The translations under genes and the position numbers were made by a program. Shown here piece by piece: positions 49,375-62,902 of a DNA stretch of 64,000 bases (positions are counted from its first letter, which is position 1; each line of letters starts with the position of its first letter). The notes beneath the pieces were generated by a model. That model had not been told where the DNA came from. It saw nothing but the letters and a program-made list of their open reading frames with translations, and did not search any database. Source of the DNA: Harriotta raleighana (taxonomy: Eukaryota); NCBI GenBank assembly GCA_050575255.1, contig JBNZDD010013729.1:10046312-10110311 (forward strand). Reading direction: 5' to 3'.

Positions 49375-49482
49375 TAATAATAATAATCCTAGCCTTTGAT
49401 AGTGCTACCTTATCGTTATTGAGACGTCTCAAAGCGCCTCTCAGAGTATACAGTACTGTAAAGTAAGTTGACTATATTTGTA
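49375..49482 (-). mobile_element. tRNA-SINE 3' fragment
   Basis: aataataatcct...gagacgtctcaaagcg. Confidence 0.65.
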
Positions 49483-49527
49483 GGCAATAGACCACATTGT
49501 CAGGAATATTGGATAAAAGTATTATTT

Positions 49528-49812
49528 GGGTGAAATCTTAGGCAAGTTTCATTACTCCACACAACTGTTTGCGAGTAGTAAGCAGGAACATGGTTGTCAC
49601 TTTCTGGGGGTAATAATTCCTTCAAAGAACATAATAATAATATAGTTACTCAATCCACGATTGTTTGTGGGACACTGCTGTGCTCAATCAGCAGCTGCGC
49701 TTTTCCAACAAAATATACAGTCAATTTACTTTTAGAGTATTTGTTGTGGAACTCTTTGAGATGACTCAAAGACGTGATACAGTGAAATATCAAATGCAAG
49801 GATTATTATTCT
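49528..49812 (+). mobile_element. tRNA-SINE lacking its head, with ~50 extra internal bases
   Basis: gggtgaaatcttaggcaagtttcattactccac + extra segment + taataattcc...gcaaggattatta. Confidence 0.75.
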
Positions 49813-50562
49813 ATTTTATAGAAAAACAGCTTAGTGTAAATGCACTGAAATGGAATCTATATTTGAAGCGGGTATCCTTCCCTCTCCTCCCACACATATA
49901 CATTAAGGTATATAGCTTTACAAAGTAATGTAGATTTATAAGTCTATGATAACAGTTCTTTCATTAGAAGGAAAAGAAGACAAGATCTGTAAAAGGAAAA
50001 AAAAAGAGATAATGCTGTATTTCTCAAGAAACATCTCTTTTAATTGCTTCAGGCTATTTCAGGGGTAAAAGATTTGATTTAAAGTCTGGAAGCATTGTAA
50101 GGTTTTTAAAAAAAATCAGTTTTAAGCAGCTGGAAAGCATCAATTCAGAAAATATAGACTGAAAAGTGCCCATCACTGTGGGAGAATAATTACTGTTTTT
50201 GTTCGATCTTGCTCTAAATTTGTATTTCATAGCACACAACTGGACTGATTATTGCGATCCAGATATTGTACATCAAGAGAAAAAACTGTTCATCCCTCAG
50301 TAGTTGCAACAATATTCAATCTACAGCATTAAACTCAAATAAACAAGCCAGGAAGACTCTTGGATTTAGCAGTCTCATGTACAATCTCGTCACATTTGAC
50401 AAATTCTTCCAATTGAAAACAAAACAAAACACAAAGCAAGGTCAAACACATATTTAGTTTGTGAGACAGGTAGAACATTAAAATCTAGATTAGTCTAATT
50501 TGGAATGAAAGGTACCCACATACACGAATTGACTGAAACACCAGGAATGTATTTTCTTAATC

Positions 50563-50939
50563 CAGTAAAAACTTGTTTATCTGGCAACCAACCCACCGGA
50601 ACTCTCAACCAACCGGTATCTCCCAATACAATTCTCATACCAGCAAATAGATCTCATATTGGAGCCATCCAGGACACTCGCGAGTATATTCACTTTGCAC
50701 ATGCGCACTTATTAAACTTAGCGAACGCTGGAATTTTTATTTTACCGAGTGTGGTGGAATGCTTTATTGGTAAATTACAATATTCTGTTATTATTTAGTC
50801 TATTATTAATATGGTATGTTTGAAAATAAGTAAATTTTTTGTGTAGGATTTTCAGCAACTTGCCGCTCTAATATCCGGCATATTTGATTAAAAAGCAACG
50901 GTCAGGTCCCGAGGGTGACGGATAAACAAGCTTTTACTG
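50563..50939. mobile_element. pogo/Tigger-type MITE, opposite orientation to the 13446 copy
   Basis: TIRs cagtaaaaacttgtttatc / gataaacaagcttttactg; interior is the reverse complement of 13530-13650; TA on the right side. Confidence 0.82.
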
Positions 50940-50940
50940 T

Positions 50941-51205
50941 AATAATAATAATCCTTGTATTTGATAAGAGTGCTTTTCACGTCTTCTAGACATCTCAAAG
51001 CGCTTCACAGAATATACTGCAAAGTGAATTGACTGTACATTTGTGGACAGCCAATTGCGCACAGCAGTGTCCCATTAAAAAGTCGTGGATTTTGAGGTAT
51101 TATTATCAGGTGTGTGGAGTAAGGAAACTTGCCCAAGGTTTCACCCTGACTTGCCTGGAATCAAACCCAAGTCTCTCCCTAGTAAGGCGAGTACTCTAAC
51201 CACTA
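50941..51205 (-). mobile_element. tRNA-derived SINE with internal deletions
   Basis: Tail through head (...gtactctaaccact) on the minus strand. Confidence 0.88.
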
Positions 51206-51975
51206 ATATATTAGTAGAAACTAAGATTCTGACAATGGAGATAAGTGAGCAGGCACTTTGCATAATCTTTGAAAGATCAACAATTGAACTAAAAATTTTT
51301 TAATATTTTTTTATAAATCTTTAAAAAATTTAGAGAAACACATACACACCTAACCCAAGGTTAAATATGAATTCTCATCATTTAAAACAAATGAATGTGA
51401 AGCATGTTATTCCACATATATTTCACTGATCAATTTGATTAAAGTCTGCTGATAAAATTCCCAGATTATTTTGTATCAAAGCTGCAAACTTCAATCAGAC
51501 AATAGGGCCAACAAGAAAATGAAACAGAAATATTAATGGCGAAAATGGTGAATGAGAATGCTTGGTCTGATGATTTCGGATTATTATTGGCGACCTGGGT
51601 GCCTCACTGTGTTTGAGAGATTAATTCTCAATTGAGGAAAAGGTCACCCTGAATTGTAGGCATTCCAGTTACATTTATTGCTTACATTTACAGTTTGATA
51701 CCTATGATCGATGCGCACTGTTTTTTGCACTGTGGGTTTTTGAGGAAGTGTGTAAATAAAAAGAGCATTGTTTATTACTAAGAGTTACACAGAATGTTAC
51801 AGCATTGGAAACATGCTCTCAGCCAACTGGTCAGGGCTTGTGTTTATATCTCACAGGAGCCACCAATCCTCCCAATCACCTCTCCCCTTACCCACTTTAT
51901 TACTTTTCTCTCCCATGTCTGCATCGGGTTTCCTCTTAATATTCTACTGATTTGAAAAGGTTGATAATTCTTTGT

Positions 51976-52485
51976 GGAGCTCCTGTAACTCAGTGGTGAG
52001 AGCATTTGCCTTACAAGCATGAGACCTGTGTTCAAATCCAGGCAGATCTGGGCGAAACCTTGTGCAAGTTTCCTTACTCCACACACGCGCCTAATAATAA
52101 TCCATCCAAAAAACCCACAATAATAAAAATTGGTCATTTTCAATCCATTGTTGGGACATTGTTGTGTGCAATTGGCTGCCATGTTTCACCCACAAATGTA
52201 CAGTCAATTCACTTTACAGTATATTCTGTGAAGCGGTTTGAGACGTCGATAAGATGTGAAAAGCGCTATATCAAATGAGGATACAGCGGATGTTGATAGT
52301 GTGTTGGCTGTTAGTATCTGTAGTCATCTCCCCCCAAAAAACACTCTCACTGAACAAATTGCTCTTCTTGAACTTCACAATGTTATCTGTGTCACAAACT
52401 GTTTGCTGACGTGATAGCGTTAAGCATCGATAGTGCAGTTGTCATATCAGATCCAATTCAAATATCAAATGCAAGGATTATTATA
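51976..52485 (+). mobile_element. Full-length tRNA-derived SINE with a 184-bp insertion in its tail
   Basis: Head ggagctcctgtaactcagtgg; tail split as ...atatcaaatg [insert] atatcaaatgcaaggattatta. Confidence 0.9.
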
Positions 52486-53074
52486 TAATTCTCGATAATA
52501 TGATACTTTGAACTGACTGTACTGGAATGAATCTGCCCACAAACTGTAGGGAGCTACAATGGTTCTGTTCAATGTGAGAGAGTGTTTGCCTTGTAGCAAG
52601 TAAAGCTTATACACCCACCTGCATTCCTTTTGGGAAGAAGCGGAGAGGCAGAACGATTGTTAACCTAGCCGTGATTTCTCCAACTAATCAAACATGCCCC
52701 TTTCTGGAAATTTGTGGTTGCCACAGCTACTTAAAGCCCTGGTGAAGACTAACCAAACATGTCTGTGCACAGAAACCTGAAAGATTAATGATTATGTTGG
52801 TACCTCCATCCAAAGGGTTTTGGGGAAGGGAAAGGCATTAGTTCATGCTGGCGACAATTGTGTGGAATAGAACACAAGCTTATTGCCTACAGAAATAGAT
52901 CTGATATGACAACTGCACTATCAATGCCTAACGCTATCACATCGGCAAACAGTTTTGTGACACAGATAGTTGTGGAGTTCAAGGAGAGCAATTTGTTCAG
53001 TGAGAGAGTTTTTTGGGGGGAGATGACTGCAGATACTAACAGCCAACACACTATCGACATCCACTGTATCCTCA
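52278..53074. repeat. Long inverted repeat: arms 52278-52459 and 52892-53074
   Basis: Arms are reverse complements over ~180 bp with scattered mismatches; ~430-bp spacer. Confidence 0.9.
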
Positions 53075-53242
53075 CTGACGGATCAATGATCACAGGCACA
53101 CATCACTGTACATACTTTTGAGAAAAATATGAGTTGATTACCATGCAATGACATGGTCAATAAATACTTAGGAATTCAAGTTGTCAGTTTATAACATTGT
53201 GGTGATACATACTTAAACATAGTTTGAAAAAAAATCCACTAT

Positions 53243-53479
53243 GCTGTGTCATTTTTTAAAATCGCCCATGAAAGCATGCATTATTTAATAATAGTAATAT
53301 TAATCCTGGGAGTGATATAACATCTTATCCTGTCTTAGCGACATCTCAAACCGGTATTGNCGCTGTGTCATTTTTTAAAATCACCCATGAAAGCATGCAT
53401 TATTTAATAATAGTAATATTAATCCTGGCGAGTGATATAACATCTTATCCTGTCTTAGCGACATCTCAAACCGGTATTG
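53243..53479. repeat. ~117-bp tandem duplication across a single N (53360); probable assembly artefact
   Basis: 53243-53359 vs 53362-53479, a few substitutions. Confidence 0.85.
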
Positions 53480-54069
53480 CATGCGAGGACTACAAATTCA
53501 TTTTTTCTTTTGTCGTTTCTCAAATCCTCTCTGGAATCGTAGTTTGAATGAATTGAGAAGCTACTGTCTTGTCTCTCCCTGCTGTGAAGCTGACAGCTGG
53601 GAGTTGTGTAAAAGTGGGCAGAGTTACTGAACCTCAAAATCTTCTAGTTCCCACTGGGCGAGAACTTGGCCTAGGTTAGCACCTCTCGACAGTCGCAGGG
53701 ATGAATTCACCTTCTGGGAGATGATAGACACTCACTCACTCTGTGAGGCTGCGTGTCCGATTTACAAAGTGACAAATCAATGTATTCCCAATTCGAGAAG
53801 GTTTAGATTTTTTGTTAGAAAGAAAAGAAAGAAAATAAATACTTTGTAGTCAAAGAAATAATATCTTGGGGCCTGTGGAAAAGTCAAGGTTGATTCCTGT
53901 CGGCCATTACGCATTCCAAATTTTTTTTTGAGGGAAGAGAATTGTGCAGATTGACAATTCTCTCCCATGCAACAAGACGCAACTAGATTTTTGACATTTG
54001 AACAATCTGGCAATGGATGTAGCCAGACCATTATCTTCTCTGAATCCCTCTTTAATTTGCTGACATTAC

Positions 54070-54350
54070 CAACAACAACAACAACTTGTATTCATATAAT
54101 GCTCCTCACACAGGATAGTGTCCCAGAGCGCTTGACGTCAGATATCACAAAACAACAACAAATTGCTTTCATCCAGCACTTTTTAGCTTGGGATAAACAT
54201 CTCAAAGCTCTTTGCAAAGGTGGAGTGTGTAAGGATGAGGTAGCCATAGACACAATCTGGGTGGTCTTTCGAGAGCTTTGGAATAGCAGAGAAAGAGTAG
54301 GAGAGTTAGAGGGACTTTGCAAGAGAGTTCAATGGTCAGAGATCAACCAG
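54070..54350 (-). mobile_element. Old L2 3' ends (two tails plus degenerate 3' region)
   Basis: (aac)n cttgtatt...tcccagagcgctt; acaacaacaaattgc...catctcaaagc followed by purine-rich L2-like sequence. Confidence 0.5.
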
Positions 54351-55072
54351 GCGGAATTTGTGCCTGGGGCAATAGGATGGCAGATGATGATGTTAAAAAC
54401 TAATGGTGGGTTCCAGCAATCTCTTCCAGGTCTGCACTTTGCCATAGTCCTGTCTCTTCACCTCAGGAGATTAGGGACATTGGCAAACTGCACGAGGACC
54501 TTATCCCAGCTATTAGGTTTGTGACGCCAGAACAAGAGAGGATGTAGAGCAGAGGAGTATATTTGCAAAAAAAAAGTTTTTATTTTAATGTGCAATAAAA
54601 CTACACATTGCAATTCAGATTCATAAAAGGAAATAAATGTTTCAAAGAGTGAAATACAAGTCGTGGCGGCAGGTAGGTGTTGGATTCATAGTCAATTTCT
54701 TTTCGTTAACAAATTAAAATTCAGTTTGTGTAGGCAGCGTCAATGCTATTTATTCATTCTCTTGCCATATTCCAACAACAGGCAGTATCTTTAATTTTTT
54801 TTATATATATCACTGCAAAATAGTGTAAACCCACAAATCAAAATGTTTTACCTCACTGTGAGGAGCTGAAACGATTTACATTCTTCTGTCTACCCAGTTA
54901 CTGCTCTGCCCCAAACCAAAAGGCATCAAAATAATGAATAGCTCAACCCCAACCAATCGCGTATTTTTTTTCCTTCCAAATCTCAATGACTCACCACATT
55001 CTGCCTGATCGTTTGAGATCTATGGCTGTCGCAATTTCCACAAACTTTTAATGAGGCACAAATGACATGCAG

Positions 55073-55148
55073 CAACAACAACCACAATAATAACAACAAA
55101 ATTATCTTTGATAACGCCTTTCATGTCGGGAGGACGTCTCAAGGCACT
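55073..55148 (-). mobile_element. L2 LINE minimal 3' tail
   Basis: caacaaaatta...cgcctttcatgtcgggaggacgtctcaaggcac. Confidence 0.72.
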
Positions 55149-56616
55149 GGCCATGCAACGCTGAGGTCACCCAATGGAAACATTTCAAACAATGGGCCAT
55201 CGTACAGTGGGAAATACAATTAACATTCAACTACTGCACAGATACTGCAGGAAATCACATTAAACATTTAATGGACAGCAGCTTGTGCTTCCATTAACCT
55301 CCGAACTATTAATTATCTGAATTTTAGCGATCCAAACACATTAATGAAGTTTTCTTCAAGATTCAGTAAAAGTGCACAAAATGTCAGTCAATGTTGTTAT
55401 TTCCTCTGACTACGTGTTGTTCTCATTTTGGACCAAATCTCCTTCTTCACCATGGATACAGAGGAACCGTCAACTGTCCCATCAGCCCTCAAAAAGGCTA
55501 ATCTTCCAAAATGACCCTGCTAACATTGCTGCTGTTATATTCAGGTCTGTGACTCAGTTTGGCTTTTGTTTTATATTGCGATGAACAAAAGAATGAATCA
55601 CCAGGTAAAAACGGATGTGGATGTGTTCTGTCTTAACAAACAGAGTGGAATGAATAACTATGGGACAAAACCAAAGGTTGAGTCTATCAATCACCCAGCT
55701 GACCTTAAATGAGTGTAGATAGTATGGATGTATTTGTGCCAACCATTCAATCTCACCTTAATACGTTTTACATTTCCTTTTTTTTTCCGAGGCTTATTCA
55801 TTTTATTCCCATTTTAGAACATGAATCAGAATGACCTCTGAGGTTAGGGGTAAAGCGCTATTAATGGTGCCAAGAATAGAGTATAATGTTTTACTACATT
55901 TACAACACTCTTTACCTTAAAGACTTTCTGTAATTATCCTATGAATGGATTGAATACACGTTCCCTCGATCAGTGAGTGATTCAATGCAATTGGAGTTCA
56001 TATCGTCATTTGCTCAGTCATGGTGAACTGTCTTTAAACCTTTCAGCAAATCAGACTCGACAATTTAGCAAATCAGAGGTGAATTGAAATAAACTATTAT
56101 GCAAACACAAAAAAAAGTACTGTACTACATTCCCATAGAGAGGTTTTTAAGCGATCTACCATAATTGGAAGCCAAACACACATTAATTCTACTCACAAAA
56201 CTCACAGCGGTGTCAAAGAGGCTGCTACAATTTCATTATGTGATGTGCATCTTCAGGAGAATTGTAATTCACAGATTTACTCGATCTGAAGCTGGGCTGC
56301 TATCTGCAACTTGCTCCAAATTAACAAGAACCATATGCCCCCACCACCCCCCCTACTTTGTATCGATTGGAAAGATCAAACTGCAGAAAAGGAAAGCTAC
56401 CCTGACTAAGTATCAGATACCCACTTTTATCTTTGCTCGCAAACGATCACATATCATCTGTGGAAGCCAGATAAAAGCAACAGTGCAAACCTTTCCCTGG
56501 TGGGATGATCTATTTACTCTCATCTGAAGATACTGTTGCCCAACAAAGCTTCAAGTGTTGATTTGCTCATACCCACACATCCCCCTTTTAGAGCAAGCCT
56601 CAAGGCTTTTGGAAGC

Positions 56617-56722
56617 AATAATAATAATAATCCTTGCAATTGATACAGCACTTTTCACGTCTTCTAGATGTCTTAAAGCGCTTCACAGAATATACTGTAA
56701 ATTGAATTGACTGTGGGCGAAA
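56617..56722 (-). mobile_element. tRNA-SINE 3' fragment
   Basis: (aat)n ccttgca...cttcacagaatatactgtaa. Confidence 0.85.
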
Positions 56723-58284
56723 TGGCACAAATCAAAGTATGGCACCCATCAAAAACTCCTCGGGAGCAAACTGTAAATACTGAGCTTGGGAGGATTAAAC
56801 GCTGGAGTGCGACTCAGCATATTCAAATCAATAGCAACAAAGATATGAATTTTTCATGATATCCTTGTATTTAATCACTTCCACTCTTTAGTTGACAGTT
56901 CCCCAGTGTCCACTGACGTGTTTGATGCATTGCTAAACTCTGACCAATCAACTGGGTTAAATTTGTTTTGATATATAAAAAAATACTGAGGACATGGATT
57001 ACTCTACTTCCATTCTATAATTACAATTTGATTCCAATTTCAAGCCAATTAAATTCAGAGGGGTTTTTTCTGCTGTTGCTGTTAATAAGATCCAAATTGC
57101 AAATGTCTGAGAAGAGTTTGGTGCATTAATGGAAAGACACAGCACCTTCAAAAACTCTTGTCATCAAATTATGGAAGGATAACAAAATAATTGGATGTAA
57201 TTAGGAAGAAGAAAAATGGACCATCTTTTGAATTGGTAACTATTTAATCTCAATGCAGATTGATGCATGAAAATTAAAGATTATGATCAAACAGTCCATT
57301 GATTTTGAATTATCCTCTCAGCAAGCTCCACTATTAAAATTTTCTCTCTCTCTCTCTGTGTGTGAATGAACTGGATTAATTATTTGCTTTGATCATGTCA
57401 TAATGTTTTCGGTGAAATCACTTCTCATTGTTGGTATTTCATAGCGTGTCCATTGTCCATTGCCTCAATGCTCTAATTGCTGCTGTTTGATTGTCTGTGA
57501 GCTCAATTGTAAAAGAAAAAAAAACAACCAAATCTGTGATCAATTTGTGCGTTTTTTTTTGTAATTGCTGAGTGGTCCTTAACCACCATTATGATCCCAA
57601 CATGACCTGGTTCTGAAAACATTTACCTGACTTGGGGTGAGTAAGAACACTTGTCCTCTTGTAGCTACGATGTGCGATTGCTTCTCATGAATTACACCCC
57701 CAAATTACTGTGAAGCGGATGTGTAAACGCATTTCACATTTGAGTTCATCTCGGAAGCTTTTTTCAAGAGCTGCTATCCTACTCGGTGGCAACCACTGCA
57801 TGCAAGAGAGCGATATAAGAATTTATAGCTGGCGAATTGTGGCTATTCATCATGAACAATTAACTCGAGCAAGAGATAATCCCAAACATTTTAGCATTCA
57901 TTGAAACCTGTCATCAGCAGTTGATCCACCTGCACTTGCAAAGCTGCTCTGACTAATCTCTGAGCTACAGTCAGGCTTGACATTGGCGGCGTGCGACAAC
58001 GATATAAGCCCGTTTTCATCAAGATTCACTTCTCTGAAATTAATTTCCAGTGTGTAAGTCAGAGCAGGGAACATGCGTTTGACCAAAATACTATCTGGTA
58101 CTTTTAACCCCGTTCCCAGAGGATTTGCGAGACTATGCCTGAAAATGTTTTTAAAAGCAATATTTGGGATCCTGATTTTGGAGAATGCGAGGATATGTAT
58201 TCTACCTTCATTCCAATTTACAAAAGCCACCATTTACTTCTGTAAAGGTTAAATACAAAAAATCTATTGGTCTGCAAGTTATAC

Positions 58285-58363
58285 TGATACAGTGTATTCT
58301 GTGAAGCGCTTCGAGGTGTCAAGAAGACGTGGAAAGCGCTATATCGAATGCAAGGATTATTAT
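58285..58363 (+). mobile_element. tRNA-SINE 3' tail
   Basis: tattctgtgaagcgcttcgag...gcgctatatcgaatgcaaggattatta. Confidence 0.8.
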
Positions 58364-59337
58364 ATATATTACAACTTCACACAAGATTTTATGACCTATA
58401 ACACTTAAAGAGTTTAACAGTAGACTGTTGTCAATCCTCAATACAACTTGTACAGTAATGCGAATCATACTTGGACTTCAATTGCAGTTTTCAATGTTGA
58501 GGATTCATCAGTCCAAGTATTTTGGGGTAAAAATATGACAATGTTTAAAATTAAAATCACTATAGAGCACTAACTCAAGCTTGGCACCCCGTGTCGAGCT
58601 TGTTAGATGTGTTGCTGATAAGATGTCTAAGGTAAAACAAGATGTGCTGAAGTTATGATATTTCAAAACCCTAAAAGGAACACTCAGTTCTAATGAAGGA
58701 CTTTCAATAAGCTTAATACATAGATAACATTACAATTCTATCATCAATCTGTCAAACCAGCCTACATATTCAAAGAAAAAAGTTGCCAAGCACTTTTAGG
58801 CAAAAAAAAGTTAACATGGATGATTTATCCACTTTTTCACAATGTAAATTTATTGCGCTGCAAATTACACTCTATTACAAATGTAATCTTGTTGTAGTTG
58901 TTGTATATTACATTCAATTTCAAGAGCTGTCATTTCCGATCTACACCATTTCGTACTGAGACATTGGCACATCTCAGAGAGTTAGTCTGAAACAATTGCC
59001 ATTGTTACTCACCTCCGGTAGCAAATGCAGCAGAGATAATACTCCATTTTAATTTTTTTTTAAATATATATCTTTTAATCCACTATTAGCATGAATCTGA
59101 AACTATGTAAACACGACTACTGTTTCAGCAATTTGCTTTCTAAATACTGCAATATTGCACATAAAATGTATTTACCAATCAATTAACTAAAACAAACAAG
59201 CGATTGTTATCAACTTAGCTCTTGATCCTAATTTCTACCCTCTTCCCCTTGATTGTTAGCAAGTTTCTGTCTCCAGACTAACGTCTGTAGCGCCTAACCA
59301 ATCCACCCTTCTCCAGAACTCTGTTCCTCAGTCTCTT

Positions 59338-59405
59338 TATAATCCCTGCATTTGATCTAGCACTTCATCACCTCGTGGAGACATCTCAAATCACTTCACA
59401 GAATT
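59338..59405 (-). mobile_element. tRNA-SINE tail inserted in an old L2-like 3' region (~59230-59555)
   Basis: taatccctgcatttgat...cttcacagaat; flanks resemble an L2 3' end (ccagaactctg...tgaaacatatctcttc). Confidence 0.55.
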
Positions 59406-59719
59406 GGTATTGCTCCCTCTCCCCTTGTCCTTAAAGCTCTGTTTGAAACATATCTCTTCAGCTGTGTCAACTTCCTTACCTCTCCTCTTTTCACTGTTTG
59501 GTGTTCCCATTATATCTGTCAAACCCTGGGCTCTAAAAGGAATGCGCTATACTATACAAGTGCCAGTTTGACAGTGTAGAATGATAAGCAATCACAACCT
59601 TGGGAGAACATTGACACAGAAGATTCTGAGAGTATCTCTCCAACAGGTTTCATCAAATTTGAAGAGAATGAATTGCAAACAGAGATCGAAAGAAACAAAG
59701 AGACATGTAAGTTTTGTAC

Positions 59720-60033
59720 AATAATAATATAATAATCCTTGCATTTGATGTAGAGCTTTTCACGTCTTCTAGACGTCTCAAAGAGCTTCACAGAATATAC
59801 TGTAAAGTGAATTGAATGTATATTTGTGGGCTAAACGCAGCAGCCAATTGCGCAAAGCAGTGTCCCACAAACAAGTTGTGGATTGAAATGACCAATTTAT
59901 TCATTTGTTTTGAGGGATTATTATTAGGCGTGTGGAGTAAGGAAACTTGTCCAAGGTTTGGCCTGCCTGTATTCGAAACACAGATCTCACCCTTGTAAGG
60001 CAAGTGCTCTAACCACTGTGCTACAGGACTCCA
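59720..60033 (-). mobile_element. Full-length tRNA-derived SINE
   Basis: Complete reverse-complement match ending ctacaggactcc. Confidence 0.92.
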
Positions 60034-60535
60034 AATGTACTAATTGCAGGTTTCGCAAGAGGTAGAAAACTGAAAATACGCACCCGTATGTTAGGTCAAT
60101 TGTACACTTACTCATTGTTCAACATTCCCGGTTAACAAAGGCCTGATGGACATCTTAATGTGTATTTCTGCCTTCTGCAAAAATGTGCCTTTGCTAGCCT
60201 TATTGTGATAACAATTCTCAGCAGCTAGGAAATGCTTCACACCTGTATCGCGTGGAAATGTGGTACTGAATCTCGGGGCAGTGTTGGTCAAGTCAAAAGC
60301 AGCACATTCCAAAACAAGTTTGAACATTGAAGGGTATCTAGCAACAGTATCATTATAACCTCACAATCAATCAAAGATGATCATTAAATTCATCGATTAT
60401 CACACCAACAAACGGCAGTGGGGTAGCGAGGGTCTCGGGTAACACTGATAAAACGCGGTAGATATTAATGAGCGTAAAAGGATAATATTGAGCCTAATGC
60501 TTTCCGGAATTAAGTGAGCAGGAAGTGTCCCTTCA

Positions 60536-60537
60536 GT

Positions 60538-60570
<33 letters not shown>
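60536..60570. repeat. (AG)n microsatellite
   Basis: Direct reading. Confidence 0.85.
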
Positions 60571-62059
60571 CACATTCCCTTTTCAACAATCTATCTCAAG
60601 AATTGCCATGTATCGGTGGGTTGAATGAAAATCTCAGCTTGGTTTGGAGACTCTTAAGCAACGGTGATCCGACACTTGGCCGACCGAAAAAAAAACGTAG
60701 GAACACTGGTAAAGGTAATTTGCTCCAGCTTCAGGACAATTGATTTACAAAATGGGCAATATTTAATCTCATTTTTGCTACAAAACATTCAGATTATGGT
60801 GTATGTTACGCCTCCGGCCTGCCACACACCGATAAGATGTTCCTATTCAGCAATGAAGGAATTAAGTTAAATACAAGGATCATCAGCAGCTGGATTGGCC
60901 AAATGCATTGATACCAAATAAGAACCCGCTGTGATATCTAAACATAATCCTAAATAATTCTCACCGATATGCAATACACCTCCCTAAATAGTCATCAATG
61001 TAACACATTATCACCTGCTACTGACCTTGTCTGTAGAAAGCACAAACTTATTTTAAAAAAAGCTGCGTTTTCTCCCATCGAAGTTAATGCAGTTTTGAAG
61101 TACTTGGCCACATTTATAATAGGATAATATCGCTAATACCTTCTTCAATAATCCCTACACTGTGCCTTAAACTATAGTGAACCACTCACTGCACAGTCTG
61201 AGCAAATGGGCTAAACTCAATTGTTCAGTATAAAGTAGAAATCTATGGTATCAAACCAATTTCCACTCATTTAAAACCAGATCAGCCATCAGAATTAGCA
61301 TTTTTATTGAATGGTCCACGGCAATAATATACAATTAAGTCACACAAAATCGGAGCAGACTTTGTGCAACTTCTGTATCTCGAAGGAATTTTAATGAAAA
61401 TACATAAAAATTATAGCTTCCAAGAATAAAAATCCCAACCCCCGGAACTAGGCAAATGCATTGATATTTTGACGGAGCTGCAAATAGGTTTACATATGAT
61501 CTTGTTAGAGCGTTTTTAATAAAAACAGCGTATGACAGTATTGTTTGATATAAAAATTATCTGGAATCCCATGACGCATAAATCAATACATCTCATAATA
61601 ATCTGATCTCCCTTCAGTTATTTGTTTCCCTCGCACATAATAATCATAATACTGTACTACCAATAATCCTTGCACATAATAATAATCCTTAGATTTAATA
61701 GAGCATATTACATCTTCAAAGCTCGTCACAGAGCATTATAAAGAACAAAATGATACCAAAGTTCACAAAATTAAAACATATCTGTTAGATTTTTGCTTTG
61801 CATTTTGAAAGTTATTTTAACATTGGTAGACTTCCTGATCAGTTGCATGCACTCAGCCTGTTCTACCCAACATGTTGTATAACTAGCTGCTGTGGTTGAT
61901 ATCTGATTGTGGAGGGCGTTGAAAGTGACTATGTAAGTGGCTTCTTTTTACACAGTGTGAAGACAAAATCTAATTAGATTTCTTACTTTGGTGAAAATAA
62001 AACTCCATAACATGGTGCTTTTCCTGCCCACCTTTCATGTGGAACAACCTGTAACCTTG

Positions 62060-62273
62060 CCATAATAATTTAATCCGTCCACAAAAAACCTAGAATAAAT
62101 TGGTCATTTCAATCCACTACTGTTTGTGGGGACACTCCTGTGCGCAATTGGCTGCCTAATTTCACCCACAAATATACTGTACAATCAATTCACTTTACAG
62201 TACACTCTGTGAAGCACTTTGAGATGTCTAGAAGACATGAAAAGCGCTATATCCAAATGCAAGGATTATTATT
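62060..62273 (+). mobile_element. 5'-truncated tRNA-SINE
   Basis: attggtcatttcaatccac...gcgcaattggctgcc...gcaaggattattatt. Confidence 0.85.
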
Positions 62274-62902
62274 GCCGTAGCCTACTGTAGTGATGGTGCT
62301 CTCATCGAGCTTGGCCTTTACAGGAGGATTATCACCCAAGTTGTGACATCCGGGCTCATGAAGCTAACAATTGGAAACTCCTGAACTGGAAAGCTTTCAT
62401 GCGAAGATTTTGTTCTGCAGTTTGCACAAAACCTTTTTTTTTTTGTAAATGAGGGAACATTTTAATGAGGGAACCTGGTCGGGGATTAGACCCAGAGCCA
62501 GATTGTCATGCTTTCTCTGTTTTTCCATTGGAGTCACCAAACTCATGATCTTTGTCTGGAACTCAACCTCTCACTGCGGCCCAAGCTATTTCTTTCATTT
62601 CGTGTCATTCTTTTGCACTGAATGTTTCTCGGCTGTTTTTCATTTCTCTAATCAGAGCACTTATTTAGGAAAGGTAGGTTGCCATGACACTTTAAAGAAT
62701 AATGAATAAGTGGTGCCAGGGCAGACTAAGCATTTCTGAAAAAAAATCAAAAGGACTGACATCATTCTTCTCAAATAATGAAACTGATTTTCTTTTTTCT
62801 TCCACAGACTGGATGGAATCTGCACAGAAATTTATCCACAAACGGCAACAGCTCAGGCAACATTTAAAGCTGGGAACTCGAATGGAAAACTGGCTTCACA
62901 CA

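Noticed and set aside
53967-54524. 185-aa ORF
   Set aside because: Reads antisense through old L2 tails; no recognisable protein
57898-58233. 111-aa ORF in unique DNA
   Set aside because: No recognisable motif or splice context
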